A stretch of DNA of 63,201 bases, the filler included, from Klebsormidium nitens (taxonomy: Eukaryota > Plantae > Klebsormidiophyceae): the NCBI GenBank assembly GCA_000708835.1. It is 9 parts of 9 records of this genome, joined end to end, with 100 filler letters (N's around TTAATTAATTAA, not from the genome) between each part and the next. Parts side by side here need not be neighbours in the genome. Positions count along the whole stretch, not along the records: positions 15,904 to 31,831 come from DF238000.1; positions 31,932 to 40,985 come from DF238213.1; 7 more parts are not named here. The stretch is one strand, 5' to 3'. Position 1 is the stretch's first letter; each line of letters starts with the position of its first letter. A program made the position numbers and the translations under genes. Positions 26,761-40,108 of this stretch are shown here, one piece after another. The notes under the pieces are model-generated. The model made no database searches. It was not told where the DNA came from and saw only the letters and a list, made by a program, of their open reading frames with translations.

Positions 26761-27220
26761 GGCTCGGACCGTCGTCTGCTGCCGCGCGTCTACATTTATT
26801 ATGTATTTTGTGAGTTTACGCACTGTTCAGACTGCATAATGCAGAATCCCAAAATGTTCGGAAACTTTCCGGTACTTACGGCAGGTCGTATTTTGACGTG
26901 TGCACCGGGCACCATCTACTGGTAAAATTCGCTTAGCTACTGGCACGAAGGTCGGCTACCGGCTGGAAATGACCACACTCACTGTACGGAATTCTTCCAT
27001 TATTCATATATATCAAAAATAAATTGCATTGCGAAAAGCAAATCACAACAGCCGGAACCATGCTAAACGTCAAAATCGATTGGCAATGAGGGCTAGATTG
27101 AGTATTCTATTTTTAAAATGGATGCAAACTGCAAAATCACGGCAGCTCCAGACCATGCTAAACGTTAAAACCGACTAGCAATGTAGGGTGAGCTTGCATG
27201 TGGCGGATTCAGTTCAGGTC

Positions 27221-27580
27221 CATTCGGGTTCCTTCTGAACCCTGAAGCTTTGAACAAGGGGACCGGTCACCGGGGCGCACCGGCGCGGCGCCGGGTACAA
27301 CTTGAACCGGGCTTCATTTCCAACTCATTCAGGCTCCTTCCGAACCCTGAATTTCTAAACATGGTGACCGGGCCCCCTAAGCCGCGCGGCCCCGGGGAAC
27401 CCTATGGACCGGGCTTCAATTTGGGTCCATTCAGGCTCTTCCTGGATCCTGAGATTTTGAACATAGCGACCGGGCCCCCTAAGCCGCGCGGCCCCGGGGA
27501 ACCTCGTGAACTGGGCTTCAATTCAGGTTCATTCAGGCTCCTCCTGGATCCTGAATTCCTGAACATAGCGACCGGGTCTT
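27221..27580. repeat. 102-bp tandem array, about 3.5 copies
   Basis: CATTCAGGCT recurs at about 27326, 27428 and 27530; GACCGGGCCCCCTAAGCCGCGCGGCCCCGGGGAACC repeated. Confidence 0.9.
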
Positions 27581-27679
27581 AGGGTGCGCCGGGCAGAATT
27601 ATTGCTCATAGCCTATAGCCATGTATCTGAATTTTGAATGTACTATAAAAGGACTGAAAATGATGTATTTTAGATGTCC

Positions 27680-30400
27680 TGAGTTTGGAATATCAGGCCG
27701 CCACCGGCACTTACTCGGAGCCAATCCCCACGGTAAACGTCAAGATGTTGCCACAAGAGTATGCCGAGAAGTTCACCACAGCGGGAGTGAACGAAGTGCC
27801 GGAGGCCACCTTGGCGAGCGATGACCCGCTTACACCCCCTCCGCCCAGAGCGGAAGCCCGCCAAACCCTGGAAGAGATGTCCATTCTCGAGATCTTCATC
27901 TACGAGGCCTCCGCCTACATGGGCTCAGACTTCATGGCCGCCACATCCCGTACCACGAACCCAAACTGTGCAAACCGAAACCCGAGGCTTAGGAGCCGCA
28001 AAAGTCCAAAGCAGTGGAGAAGGTGCGAGCGCAGCGCCAAGCCCGAGGACGAGTGGGCTCTGCTCAAAGGACAGGGGTCGGCGGCGCAAAGAAGCGGGCG
28101 CAACCGGTCAGGCAAAAGGTCAGGAAGGGTCCGAACCGGATAACTCCGACAGCGAGTCGGGGAATTCCATGGACGACTTCATTGTTTGTGGCCCAGAAAA
28201 GGAGGACAGTTCCTCAGCCGAGAGCTCCTCTGATGAGCCCGCGCAGCCGGCTAAGGGGAAGGCCGCAGCGGCAGAGCCCTCGCCGGAAGAAGAAGAGATG
28301 GAGAGGGGGCTGGGCTACCTGGCGCTTGGGCCGCCGGCGGACGCAGAGGCCCTCTGATCAAACGATGGAGGCTGCGGACATGCTGGCGGGAGGGCCACCA
28401 CCGCCGGCGGAAGGAGAAGCGGGGCAAGATGAAGAAATGGGCGCCGCGGATCAGCCGGCAGGGGGGGAAGCGTCGGGAGGAGATCCAGGAGAAGAACCCC
28501 CTGATCCAGAAAAGAAGGGGTCCCCGCCAGAAGACGAGGCGACGCCCATGGAGGAAGAAGAGACAGAAGAAGAAAAAGAAGAAGAGAAAAGGGAGGAAGA
28601 GCTGGCCCAGGAGCCGGAGCGGGCAGAAGCGGAGGAGCAAGGGGAGCCGGAGCCAGTGCCGGCAGAGCAGAGCGGGGGCGGTGAAGGTGCCCAAGAGCCG
28701 AGGGGGGTAGATCCCTCAAGCACAGAAGTAACTTCGGACGAGGAGGAGGCTCATGGGGCCCCTTCACGCACGGCAACGGAGTTAACCAGGAGGAAGGATT
28801 TTTGAATCTTCTTGCCGAACCCCAAGGAACGCGGGCGCATGGAAATGGAGAACCACCTGACCATCCTGGAGAGAGGATTTCTGCGCAACCCGGAGGACCT
28901 GTTCGCCCCAATGCTCAAAACCCGAGCTGGAGAACCTCCCGCGCCGACCGCAAGAAGGACCCGCAGTGGAACGAGCTCAAGGACAACGAGCTCCACGGGT
29001 ACCTCAACTACTGGGCTCACGCGGTTTTGGAGTAGAAACGCGCAAGCAAGAAGCAAGGGGCAGACGCTCGGACCACGGCCTGGTACGAGTTTGTCTACCA
29101 GGCGCTGGCATGGGTGGGGACAGACTTGCTAGAGCTCTTCCGCCAGCGACGAGAGCAGCGAGTACCCCAACGACCAGACTTCGCCGAGATGGTCCGGTTG
29201 CCAGGCCGGATGTCCAAGAAACCCATGGACAGCGAAGAGCTGGTCACGGCCGGCCCCAACCCTGACCAAAAACTGAACCGGGGACGCAGCGGAAAGTGCG
29301 GGGAGGCGGTCGAGATGCCAATTGACCAGTGGCGGGCGCAAGCGGCGGAGACGTACGGCACGGCGCTGATCACGGGGTTCCTCAAGAAAAAGAAGAGGAA
29401 GATGCCGGAACCGCCGGCGTCCGCGATGCGGAACAAGCTGGTCGGCCCCGAGCCCACGCCCCTAGAAGGAATGGGGGAACTCGCACCCCCGCAGTCCAAA
29501 CCCCTTGGGTCGATGCTGCGGCCGGCGCCAACTGCAGCAGCGGCGGAACTAGCCGCCGGCGAGGAGAAGCTGTCGTCCAAGTCCAGGAGGAAGCCCGCGG
29601 CAAAACCTAAGGAGCCGCCGGTGCCAAAACCTGAGGTGAACCCACCAACCCCACCGGTGCAAAGCTCTCCTAGGAAGGGGCTGGGGACCTGGTCCTTCTC
29701 GCGCCGTCCGGTGGCCCTGCTTCCACGCTTGACGTGCTAGTTGAGGCGTCACGGGTGGCCGAGGGGCCGCCGGAAGAGGCTGCGGCCGCGCAAGAGGATG
29801 AAGAGGAGCAAGAGCGCCGGCGGAAGTGGAAATTACAAAAGGTGGATGAAGCTGAGCCGGAGCCTGAGCCAGAGCCTGAGCCTGAGGGTGCGAGGGGGGA
29901 AGAAACCGAGGAGGCGATCTCGGCAGAAGAGCTCCTCCAACTTCGGCGAAAGCATGTCGCGAAGGACCCGTGGTCCAAGGTCCCGGATGAGGACGAATTG
30001 GAGGACGACAGTTGGCTGCAGAAGGCGTTGGGGTCAGCGCGTTATCCCTTGAGGAACCGGAGGGGGAGAGCAGAAACCCATGGGTCGGTGAAGCAGAAGG
30101 GGGGCGCGGCAGCGACAAAGAGCGAGTCGGACCCAGCCGCCGCTGCGGAAAAACCTAGAGTCCCGTCGTCCCTGCTAGGGATCACTCCCAAAGAGATGGA
30201 CCGGCGGGTCAAGCGGTTCAGCCGTTGATTGGACCCATTGAATGGGAGATATCCCGGGATTCGACAACGAAGACGACTGGTACAACTAGGTGCTGGTAGA
30301 CGTGTCCGAAGGCTGGAAGGAGGTGCTCGAGAAAGAAGGGCTACCCCGCGGAGAGTACGACTCGATTCAGGCGGCCACGGCGGTGCGTTACTGGTGAATT
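27680..30400 (+). pseudogene. Large decayed GC-rich ORF of unknown family (acidic/Pro-rich with small globular patches)
   Basis: Overlapping plus-strand ORFs linked by frameshifts and stops; patches such as MENHLTILERGFLRNPEDLF, LHGYLNYWAHAVLE*, WYEFVYQALAWVG; no recognised domain. Confidence 0.45.
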
Positions 30401-30544
30401 AACCTAGGGCCCGGCGAGATAGCCCACATGTACAGGGGGCCGAGGCTTCCCCTACTTCATGCCAAGGTGGGCCTGATCCAAAGCTTACAGTGGGTGAGAC
30501 ACGCGGCGGGGCAGGGCCGGGAGGCGTCAGCGGGGCTTCAGGAG

Positions 30545-31831
30545 TGAGGCGCGTCTGGCCAAGCGTAAGACGTCCCAGCCTGCCAAGTCGGTGGCTGGAA
30601 AACGTAAGGCCTCGGGTGGAGGTGTTTCTGGACGTTCGTCCAAGGCCAAGTTGGGGGCTGCCCTCACTGATGAGGAGTATGCCAATGATATGGCCAATCG
30701 TCTGTGCCATATCTGCCACAAGCCAAGCGATATTGCACGTGACTGCGAGGAAGCACCTCCTCCCAGTGGAAGCAAGAACCAGGGCCAAGGCCAGAAGAAG
30801 GGCAAGAAGTCAGAAAAGGGTTTTCAAAGAGACTAGCCAACGTAGGACAGTTGCCTAGTCAAGAGAACTGTGTATTGGATCTGACGGAACAAGACTTCCT
30901 GAATATTTCGAATGTTATTGGACATACATTTGAAATGGGAGTTCATCGTTCAGAAGATTCTATCTCTACAGATGTATGTCCTAATTCAGTCTTTCTGGCA
31001 TCGTCTATGGCAGGCAAGCATGTGTGGATAAATGCAAGTACAGCTAAGGATGTTATTGAACGTCTTAGGCATATGCACTCTGCATTTGTTGATAGCCCTA
31101 CTTCTACGTCTGCTTATGTGTTAGTAGGTGATAGCATGCCTTATGCATTGCCCTTGTTGAAGGATCGTGTTGTGCTGACAGTTCCAAAAGGTGGGTTGGT
31201 TCGACAGTTGCAATCAGATAATACGTGGTCTGTTGTGCGAAGTCCTAAGGAGTTGCGAGTCCTGTACCTTGCTTCTGTTGCTGACAAAGTGTCTGCTGAA
31301 GCGGGTTTGTTAACAGGGAAGATTCTCGCAGCCTCGCAGAAGGGCTCAGCTAAGTTACCACGAATCATGTTTTCTGGTAAGGCAGCTGCTCAAAAGGCCA
31401 ACATCCTCTTTGATTCTGGAGCTTCAGTGAACTTCGTCTCTGCCAAATTTGCTAAGCAGACAGGCATAATGGTAAGTCCTACTGCTCGGAAAGTTCGTCT
31501 GGCAGATGACGTTGTTGGCGAAATCTTGGGTGAGGCAACTGTGTATGTGCAGTCAGGGGCGTTTCACAAGCCTGTGAAGTGCTACGTCAAGAACTTGTTG
31601 TTCGAGGTTGATCTTATCTTGGGGGATGAGCTCATGACTATGTATAACTGCATTCTACATTATGGCAAAGGTGTTGTCATGATTCAGAAAGGGAAAAGAC
31701 ATTTGACTGTGCGTAGTCCTCCTCTTCCTCGTTCACGTTCTGACGATGATGAGAAGTCTAATCCCGACGTGTTGTCATATTCGCAGTTGAAGCGGCTGAT
31801 GAAACGTGGGGCGAGCGTGTACCTGGCGTGT
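30545..31831 (+). mobile_element. Ty3/gypsy copy 2 (related subfamily): gag 3' end, Dam-like domain, protease; 5'-truncated and running into a gap
   Basis: VAGKRK shared with copy 1; knuckle CHICHKPSDIARDC (His to Asp); HVWINAS...STSAYVLV; ILFDSGASVNF. Confidence 0.88.
30818..30860 (+). promoter_or_regulatory. Canonical -1 slippery heptamer G GGT TTT plus downstream hairpin, gypsy copy 2
   Basis: Gag frame AAG GGT TTT CAA AGA GAC TAG; -1 frame GGG TTT TCA...TTG CCT is open into pol; 8-nt spacer then CTAGCCAAC/GTTGCCTAG stem. Confidence 0.75.
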
Positions 31832-31931
31832 NNNNNNNNNNNNNNNNNNNNNNNNNNNNNNNNNNNNNNNNNNNNTTAATTAATTAANNNNNNNNNNNNN
31901 NNNNNNNNNNNNNNNNNNNNNNNNNNNNNNN

Positions 31932-31958
31932 TATAAAATAAATTGATTGATTGATTGA
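31932..31958 (+). mobile_element. 3' tail of a LINE copy (TATAAAATAAA(TTGA)4) emerging from the gap
   Basis: 27/27 identical to the reverse complement of 40711-40737, which ends a recognisable LINE ORF2. Confidence 0.75.
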
Positions 31959-32018
31959 CCCAGAGCAAGAGAATCGATTTCGGGCTGCAGAAGTTATGCG
32001 CCCAGGCTGGTCAGCTCA

Positions 32019-35000
32019 CAGCAGAGGTGCCGGCACGGCAGCAGGACTGTGGTTGCGGGTTGCCGGAGGCAGCCACTGCAAACATTATCGTTAGCTGCTA
32101 CGGCAGTGCCGTCGGGGCTTGTTGCCACCCCCGCCTCACTGCTGCTGCCTGATTTGGACACTCGGCGAGCCTGCACACGGGACCAAGACACGTGCTGTCA
32201 AGCTCGGAAACCGGCCAGCCACATGCTGTTCATGGTAAAGGTCCAGCATGTAGTGTTGCGCCAGCACGATGTGTTGGCCTGGTTACCCCAGCGGCCGCCG
32301 TGCACGGGCCTGCGCGGCCGCTGAGCCTCACCTTAGCGAGCTCCGCTTCGAGGCGGGCCTCGCGGTTGCGCGCCTCCTCCAGCATTTTCTGCATCTTCAT
32401 CAGCGCCTTCTCCTGCTCCGCTCCCATGATCCGGCCTGCCACGCACGGAGAGCATGTTAAACCGGCTGGCAACGACTCGCATTGAACAATCGTCCCCTTT
32501 ACACACGGACGAGCCATCAGACTTTATAAGAATTGTCCTTGGCAATCGGACTTCCCTTTACATGTACATAGTCTCGGTCCTTAAGCGAGCGGACCGTAGC
32601 GAACACAGGCCAATAAATATGGAGGCACAAACTCGACGGCGGAAGAGCAGCCGTTTCATTTTCAAGGTCCAGGCCTACCTGTGTAGAGGCGTCGCTCCCC
32701 GTTCCATGTCTCAACTGTCGAGCCCCGTGCATCGCTCACAGCCTCGGGCTTGGCCGCCGGAGAGCCTGCACACAGAACATGCATCGTGACATGTCAGGCG
32801 GCCAGGTGGAGCGTTTGATGCAAAGACCGTGCTAGCCACGGGGACCATGGTTTTCGCCCGCAGGAAACCCAAGCACATCCAAGGGCCAAGGAGATTCTCA
32901 ACAGCTTATTGTTGGATAATTGGTCACGAATGCAGCGTGGGCCAACGCCAGACAAGGCTTGAGAATTAGTAAGAAGCACATGCACCGCGCCAGCCGCAAG
33001 CCAGTCCCGCATTGGCACGCAGGCCCTTCCCCTCACCTGCTCCCTCCCCGTTAAGGCGCGGCAGGAGCGGGCTGCTGCCTCCCGACCTCATTGCCTTGTT
33101 CAGGCGGGCATCTTCGATCAGGTCCCCTGCTGATTCCGGGCCCGGCGTGGCACTCGCTGCTGGGCTGCTAGCCGGTTCGGTCTGCTGTGGGCCTGGCGTG
33201 GCGGGGGTGGAGGGCCGGCTCGCGTCCCGGCTCGGAGCTGGAGGGGTGCCTGGGGAGCGCAGCAAGGCTCCACTCTTGCTGCGCAGCTCATCCAGTTTAG
33301 CTCGCAGGGCTCGGTTGTCCTCGGAGAGCCTTTGCAGGTCATCTGGGGCGCTCGCCCGGGCCCCGCCTGAGCGCGCCCCGGGGCTCTCCTCTGCCATGCT
33401 GGCCTTGCCTGCCATGGCCCTGCCTCCGCCTGCCCCCTCGCTCTCCACGTCCTGGCTGCCATTCGCTGCCTTGGGGCCCTCTGGACCCTGGTCGGACCCG
33501 TCCTCACCGTCAGCCTGCCCTCGGACTTCTGCAGGTGGTGTGGCCCTACTCGCTGCCCACTCGCTAGGGGCGCTGTCGCCGTTTTCTCGGCGTGCTGCGG
33601 TCCCATGTTGGGCTAACGCTGCTGCAAGCGCGCCTCGAGCTTCCGCATTCTCCTGGCTGGCCCGCAGCTGCTCGTTCTCCAGGCGTAGCGCCTCCTTCTC
33701 TGATACGAGCGACTCCAGCTGCGACTTGAGAGCCTCGATCTCTGCAACCTAAACAACCGCAAAAGACCCCACCAAATGAGCCAAGCAAAGCAGCCGCCGA
33801 TGACAACTATCACATTCAATCTGCTGGACCACATATTGCCTGGTCAGCTGGTTGTATCGCGCACTTACGCTACACAAGCAGCTATAATAGATTGATGGCA
33901 GGCCTGCAATAGACATAGCCAAACAAGATTCAACTGCGACTGAGGCAGGGAGGCTGAAGCTCCTGCGCCAGGATGAGCAGCCTGTCGTGCTACCTTGGAC
34001 AGGACTTGCAGCCTCCACTCGTCCTCCTGCTCGCTGTGTGCCGCTCCTGCCTGCGTCTCCCTGCTCACAACCCCATCGAAGTCCAACGCCCTGCTTACGG
34101 TCGACGCGTCCGTTCCTGTTGCCACTGCAGCGACCTCCTGGGCAGGGGCCGAGGGGCTGGCGGGGCTAGCCTCCCCGGCGCGAGCGGCAAGCGCTGCCTT
34201 CACCTGGACGAGCTCCTCCTCCACCTTCTTCGCCTTCTGTGCCTTGGCTTTGAGCTGCTCTTGCAGGATCCGATTGTCCGCGGTCATCATCTCGACCGCA
34301 AACTCCTTTTCACCCAGCGCTGCCTTGAGCCGGTTGACAGAATCCACCAGTTGTGCGGGCGTCTTCTCTACGTCCGCCTCCATCTGCTGCTGGATGCGGC
34401 TTTCCAAAACGGCCACGTTCCTCCGCTTTTCCTTCACCTCGGCGCGCAACTTCTCCAGCTTCTCCTGCACAAAACATGATACGCTGTCCTTCAAAGAGCA
34501 CCCTGCTGACACCCATTGGTAAATTATCAGGACCCTCCACAACTGCTCGTCTTCATAAAACGATGGTTTCAGAAACAAACCTGCAGACAAGAGTTGCTTT
34601 AACCATCGAGCTTGAGGGTACTGCTAATGTCCACACGAACCGCCCTCTTTAGACATTCAGCTCCACCCAGTGACGCGTTCCTGTGGTGGACAGCGGACCC
34701 AGATAAGTGCGCAAAAAGCTCTTACGGTAATCTGAGCTTCTTGAGCGGGGTGTCCCTCCGCTTGTTCCGAGAGTCGCCTGATGGTACTGTCCCGCAGCTT
34801 GATCTCGTCTGCGAGCAACCGGACTTGCTCCCGCAGCAGGTCCAGCTGGTCAACATACGTCTGGCCCGTCTGCACGCAGGCAGGCAAGGTGACGCGTGAG
34901 GAACCACGACACATCAAATACAAGCACGATCGTCCCAAAGGAAGGGAAGAAGCAGCGGAACAACCTTGGCCTTCCAATTCAACGTTTGCGATGAATTTAC

Positions 35001-38000
35001 AGATCTTTCAGACCAATACGGGAGGTCAAAGCTGGTTTGATGCTCACATGTGCCTTCTCGAGGCCTCGCTTGGTAGCAGTGAAGAGATCCCCAGCTGTAC
35101 TTTTCTCCTTCACCATCTCAACTGTCCTGCTGGGGACCAGGCTTGCCGTCCGATGAAGCGGATGCAGCGGCGATGTTCCCCCAGATGCGGCTGGCGGCGT
35201 GCTTGGGACGGGCTTGCTGCCCTCCTTCTTCCCGAGAGAGGGGCTCTCTTTGTCCTGCAGCAAATGTTGAATCAGAGAGCTCGAAAGTACTCAAAACTGC
35301 TCATCCCGAACGTAACACCAGAATAATGCTCGCTGTCACCGTTGGCACACAACACGATCCATTCCCGTCCACTGCTTGCAAGAGCCGAAGCCAGGCCATA
35401 CCTTGTCTTTCGACTTGAACAGGCCCAAGAAGCCTCTTTTCTTCTTCTTCTTCTCGTCAGTGTTGACAGGCTCGTCCACCACTGACAGTGCAGGCGAGTC
35501 CAGCTCCCCACTGTCGGAGGCAGTCTCGCTGGTCTTTCGAGACATGGTGGCAGGGAGCAACGGCTCTCGAGCACGAGAACTCAAGAAGGACAACTGGACA
35601 GCAAAGAAGAAGACGGATTGTCAAGCCAACAACAGAGTCGAAGAGCCCGGGCGTTTGAGTTGGCTACCCATGATTGGCTGCAATAGATGCGACAGCAAGG
35701 CGCGTGAATGAATGTCGCAATCTCCAGCAGGACATAACCGATATCAGATATCACAGGTATTCGAGGAATATGAGAAGAACGTCACAGTCCGGGGATCAGA
35801 ACGGAGCACGTAGACGAGTTGCAATCGTCCTGGGCGCACAAGGATGTTGATCACACAGAATGGAGCCAATAGACGGGGGCTTGTGTTCACCTCATCCTCC
35901 CCAAATGATTTGTTCCTCCGGAACCTGGTGGTACTCAGCTCCTGCAGACGAGGACAGGCATAGCTGGTCAGGTCGGGACCATGGGAGACGCCCAGCTTTG
36001 GAGGGGCGACGGGCAGCAGAGTAACATTATGCCTGGGTCACTTGTGGGAAGCCTCAATAATCGCATTGTAGTAGATCATCGGACAAAAGTTGTGCTCGAA
36101 AGAGGGTGCATGTTCTGCTGGCCCAATCAAACAAGTGTCACAGCCGGTTGATTCCCAGACCAGCTGCCCATCACAACATTTAAGAGACTCTCACCTTGGG
36201 CGAAGGCTCGTCCCTGAAGTCTTGAGTCGACACCAAGATGAGTCTCGTCAAACGGTTGATGCGTTCCACAAGCGCGGCTTTGTTGGCTTCCTCTTCCTCC
36301 AAGCGAGCTTGCATGGCATTCTGCTCTTCTTCAATCTGAATGGAAGACAAGGCGGCCTTGTATTGTCAGAAACAATCCGGTTGATTGGACGCTCTTCCAA
36401 GCCTGATAGAGAGGTAAGCAGTCTGTCGCGGCACGCCAAATATTCCGTCCTTGGTGTCGACAGGACTCCAGAAGCGGATCAGATGCGCATGCACAATTAC
36501 CTGTTGGCGAAGTGCAGTCAGATCTTCCTCGCTTGCAGAAGGAGACGCCCTGAGGTCAGGTAGTGAGCGCTGATCAGAAGCCATACTGGCCCGCAGGCTC
36601 TCCAGTTCCTGCCGCAATTCGTTGATCTCCCGCTGGTACTTCTTGATCAGAGACCGCTCGTCCATGATCTGCAGCAGCTCACTCAGTTCGCTCAGTGCAA
36701 GAATTATGAGGAAGATCCGTCGAAATTCATTAACCAGAAGCAATGAGGCGTCAGAAACCGCCAGCTGACCACGAGACACAGGACAACGATACAGAGCGAT
36801 CCAACGACCCAAAACCCTTGAAGCGTTTGGAACACCGGATGGCATACCTTGTGCTTTTCCAAAGCGATTTCCACATGCTTGGCCCTCCTCGCGAATTTGA
36901 CTGTGTTGTGGGTCTCTTCCAGTGCTCCCGAGGCTGGAGTGATGGTACAGATCAACTGCAGGAGTTGGGGGGTCGTCAGCTAGCGTGCAGTGGAGGCACG
37001 CACAAGGACTGGGCTCTACAATAAGGTGGGGGCCGCGCTTTACATGGTTGGCATCCTGCACAACGCAGATCCTTGCATCTTGTTACAAGGACCCAAACGA
37101 AGTACAGCAAATAATCCAATCATCAGAGCCGGAGACTTTTGCAGATTCCGGTCAAGTACTTACAGAGATCCTCCCATGACCGCTGAGCGATGACTGGAGA
37201 AGGCGGGTGAGTTTCGAATCCCGGTATGGGATGTGCTGCGGCTTTCCCTCGCTCAATTTGGCAATGACTGTGCCCAGTGTGAGCAGGCTCCGATTGATGT
37301 AGGACCCCTCTTTGCGGCGAAGGCCTGTGGTCTCGGCCTTTGAACTCTCCGACCCAGCAAGGTCGATCAGATTCTGAAGGACAAGATGTTGACCAATTAG
37401 CTGTGAATCCAAGCAGCATCAAGGTCCGTCAATTGGCATGGGCTCCATGCTCAGGAGTTGGATACACATCACCGATTTAGCAATACACATTACAATGAAA
37501 GAGGAGACCCTCATCTTGCTGCTCTGCTAAAACTTTTGCGCCCTTGCAGTGTAAGAGCGAGGAAAAGATGGCCTTCTTACCGGGACCTTACGAGGCCGAA
37601 CCACAATCTGTTTTAGGGCTCTTGAGAACATGGGTGGTCTCTAACAAGCTGCAACAGGTGTTTTGCTTACCAACTGGGACAGGACAACCTGCTCCCTTGT
37701 GGCTGCCGCTCCTCGAGGACTCTGTTCGATTGTCTGGAAAGAGATTTGGGATAGTCAGAACATCAAACTGACATTGGAAAGATAGCGTGCGCACATGCAT
37801 AACCAGATTCTGAGCGAAAGAATGTTGAATAACCTGAAAAGCAGAAGCTAGACTAGACAAGAGCTTGAAGACACAAAGAGGAGAGACTTACCAGACAAAA
37901 GATTGTATGACTCCGACTGCTGACCAGGTTGTAGTTGGTTGATCCAACGTGGCGGTTTGCTGGCAAAAGCAAATGAAATTGGACGTCAACTTCACTTTCT

Positions 38001-40108
38001 GGACATCCCAGGCCCTTGCTCTAAGCAGTCAACTTCAACCACCACCCACAGGTCCACAGTGCTTGCAAGGGGGGAACTCCTCAGAGTTCTCCTTTGATCT
38101 AACAAACGACTTGTCATGTACTCAATTCCACATACAAAGGACACTAGAGGCATCACAGCTAGATGGCAAAACTGGTAGCACAACCATACCTTCCCCAATC
38201 TGGATGAACGACAGTGCATGGGCGGGTGAGATGACAACCTCATGTTTGACACCTTCCACATATGTTCCTTGCGGATCTTCCCTGATCTTTAGATTCTGCC
38301 GAGCAGGGTCTAAAAGATCGTTGATGACCTGCGCCAAGGACGACTTGGTGTCAGCATCTACTTCTTCAGAACTGATTACCTACACTGGTGCACAGCATCC
38401 TGACTCCCATCTATTGCCCAGGGTCTGGACGCCCACAGATGCTAGATTACTGATGGACACGCTCATAGAAGCTAGATTACTGATGGACACATTCTTAGAA
38501 ATTGAACGGAAATAATAAAAGATCAATCTTTCTTACCTCGTTATAAATCTCCAGATATGAAACCCGCAGGAGAAACTCTCGGTCAGGAGCCTGGCAGGAA
38601 CAGAGTCTATGATTAAAGATGAGTAGCAGCGCATGCACCGAGCATCTTTCAGCATATCCTCCAGTCCTAATCTTAGTGATGAGCGTCTTGGTCTTATGCT
38701 ACTTTCAAAACGCATTTCAGTTCAGTTTGCATGACAGCAAACTTACATCTTGGATCAAGGAGAAGACGTCTTTGACGGCCAGTGGAATCACACCCGGTGA
38801 CTTCTTGTCGCCCTGCAGTCCACAAAAGGTTTGTCAGTCAATGCGTTCAGCGAGTCTCATCTGTATCATTGACCCGAAACACATGCACAAGGGGGGAAAC
38901 AAGAGTGTTTTCCAAACAACAAATGTTTCGTTTACAGAGCATTCCAAGTGTCGCAGTAGGCTTTGTGACGAAGTACTCACGTGCATCGTGTGTGTCTTGC
39001 CGCTGCTGGTCACTCCATATGCAAATACAGTCCCTGTCGTGGAAGACGACAATTCTTGATGAGACGACACTCCGGAGACAAAGCAGATAGGCAGCTACCA
39101 GAGACACAAACGCAGATTGCTTGGTGATTGGATTCTCCTGGGCATTTGAGAAAGTCCCACAACAATTTGAGAATCCGCCGTGCACCATAACTACGTCAAC
39201 TCTTTGGAAGTAGGTAGCCTCACCATTTACTCCATTCATGGCTCCTTGTACCACATGCTGTGCTGCCACATCATAGACCACACGCGTGGTTGACGCAGGG
39301 CCAAACACCTTGTCTGCGGGTCAGAAAACTTTCAATACACTTACTTGACATCTTTGGCGAGCATTGCCTGCTTCTGTTTCATGAACGGAGTCTGGAACAT
39401 TGCCAAGAACGTTGAGAAGGCAGAGGACTATTTGACTTGGCGGCCTATACTGCAGATCTCCTTCCAACTTACCAAATGCATAGCAGATGTTTGGATTGGT
39501 CTCCAGGCGCACAAAGTGATCGCCATCAGCATACCAGGCAACATCCTCACCCCGCCTGGCTTCACGAACGCTGCAGGCAGTTTGCAACCAACTTGAGACA
39601 ATTGATGAACACTTCCTGGCTGCAATCCCTTGAGCAAAGAGCAATGCTGCAAAACCACATGACTCAGGAAGCTACCTGTACATTTGAAGACATTCTCCAC
39701 CCATCAGCTTCCAGGCTCCTGCAACCTCTACCTGCGGGGTATGTTCAGTGTACTGTGACCTCTTCTCTGTTAGTGTCTATGTACACGTTGTGAACTATGT
39801 GGCCTTCCTCTCTGCGACAGGCCACCACTCACCTCAGAGGCCTGAATCGGACAGTCACCGTCACATTTTCGCTCAACCCTGCTTTCTTTACCCCTGCAGG
39901 AGGGCTCATTCCTGGTGGCAGGAGTGCTGGATGCCTGCCTGAGGTTGGCGAATGCTGACTGCCAGGTACGTTTTGCGAGTTCAGAAAATTTCTAGCTGCT
40001 GCCGAGTCCAAGGACTGCCTGCCCTGCTTTGTAATGCCAAACGCCGCTGGCTTGCCTCCAGCAGGAAGAGACTGTCGCCTGCCAGCCATGCTGCCAGCGT
40101 TGTCCATG
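32019..40108 (-). CDS. KIN7: Kinesin-7 (CENP-E-like, plant KIN7/MKRP type) with coiled coil and C-terminal RING; multi-exon, last exon not seen
   Basis: [26 protein letters not shown] (P-loop), [41 protein letters not shown]; RING start [20 protein letters not shown] followed by a GTGAG donor; ATG at 40108. Confidence 0.92.

Noticed and set aside
27221-27580. 102-bp and 190-bp arrays as CRISPR arrays or repeat proteins
   Set aside because: Whole units repeat with no unique spacers; eukaryotic context, no cas genes; ORFs over them lack coding support
30470-30510. CTTACA-GTGG as LTR end plus PBS for gypsy copy 2
   Set aside because: The following bases match no tRNA 3' end I recognise, and gag is truncated right after
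32966-35711. Long plus-strand ORFs (33012..33752, 33973..34479, 34781..35326)
   Set aside because: Antisense shadows of GC-rich kinesin coiled-coil exons
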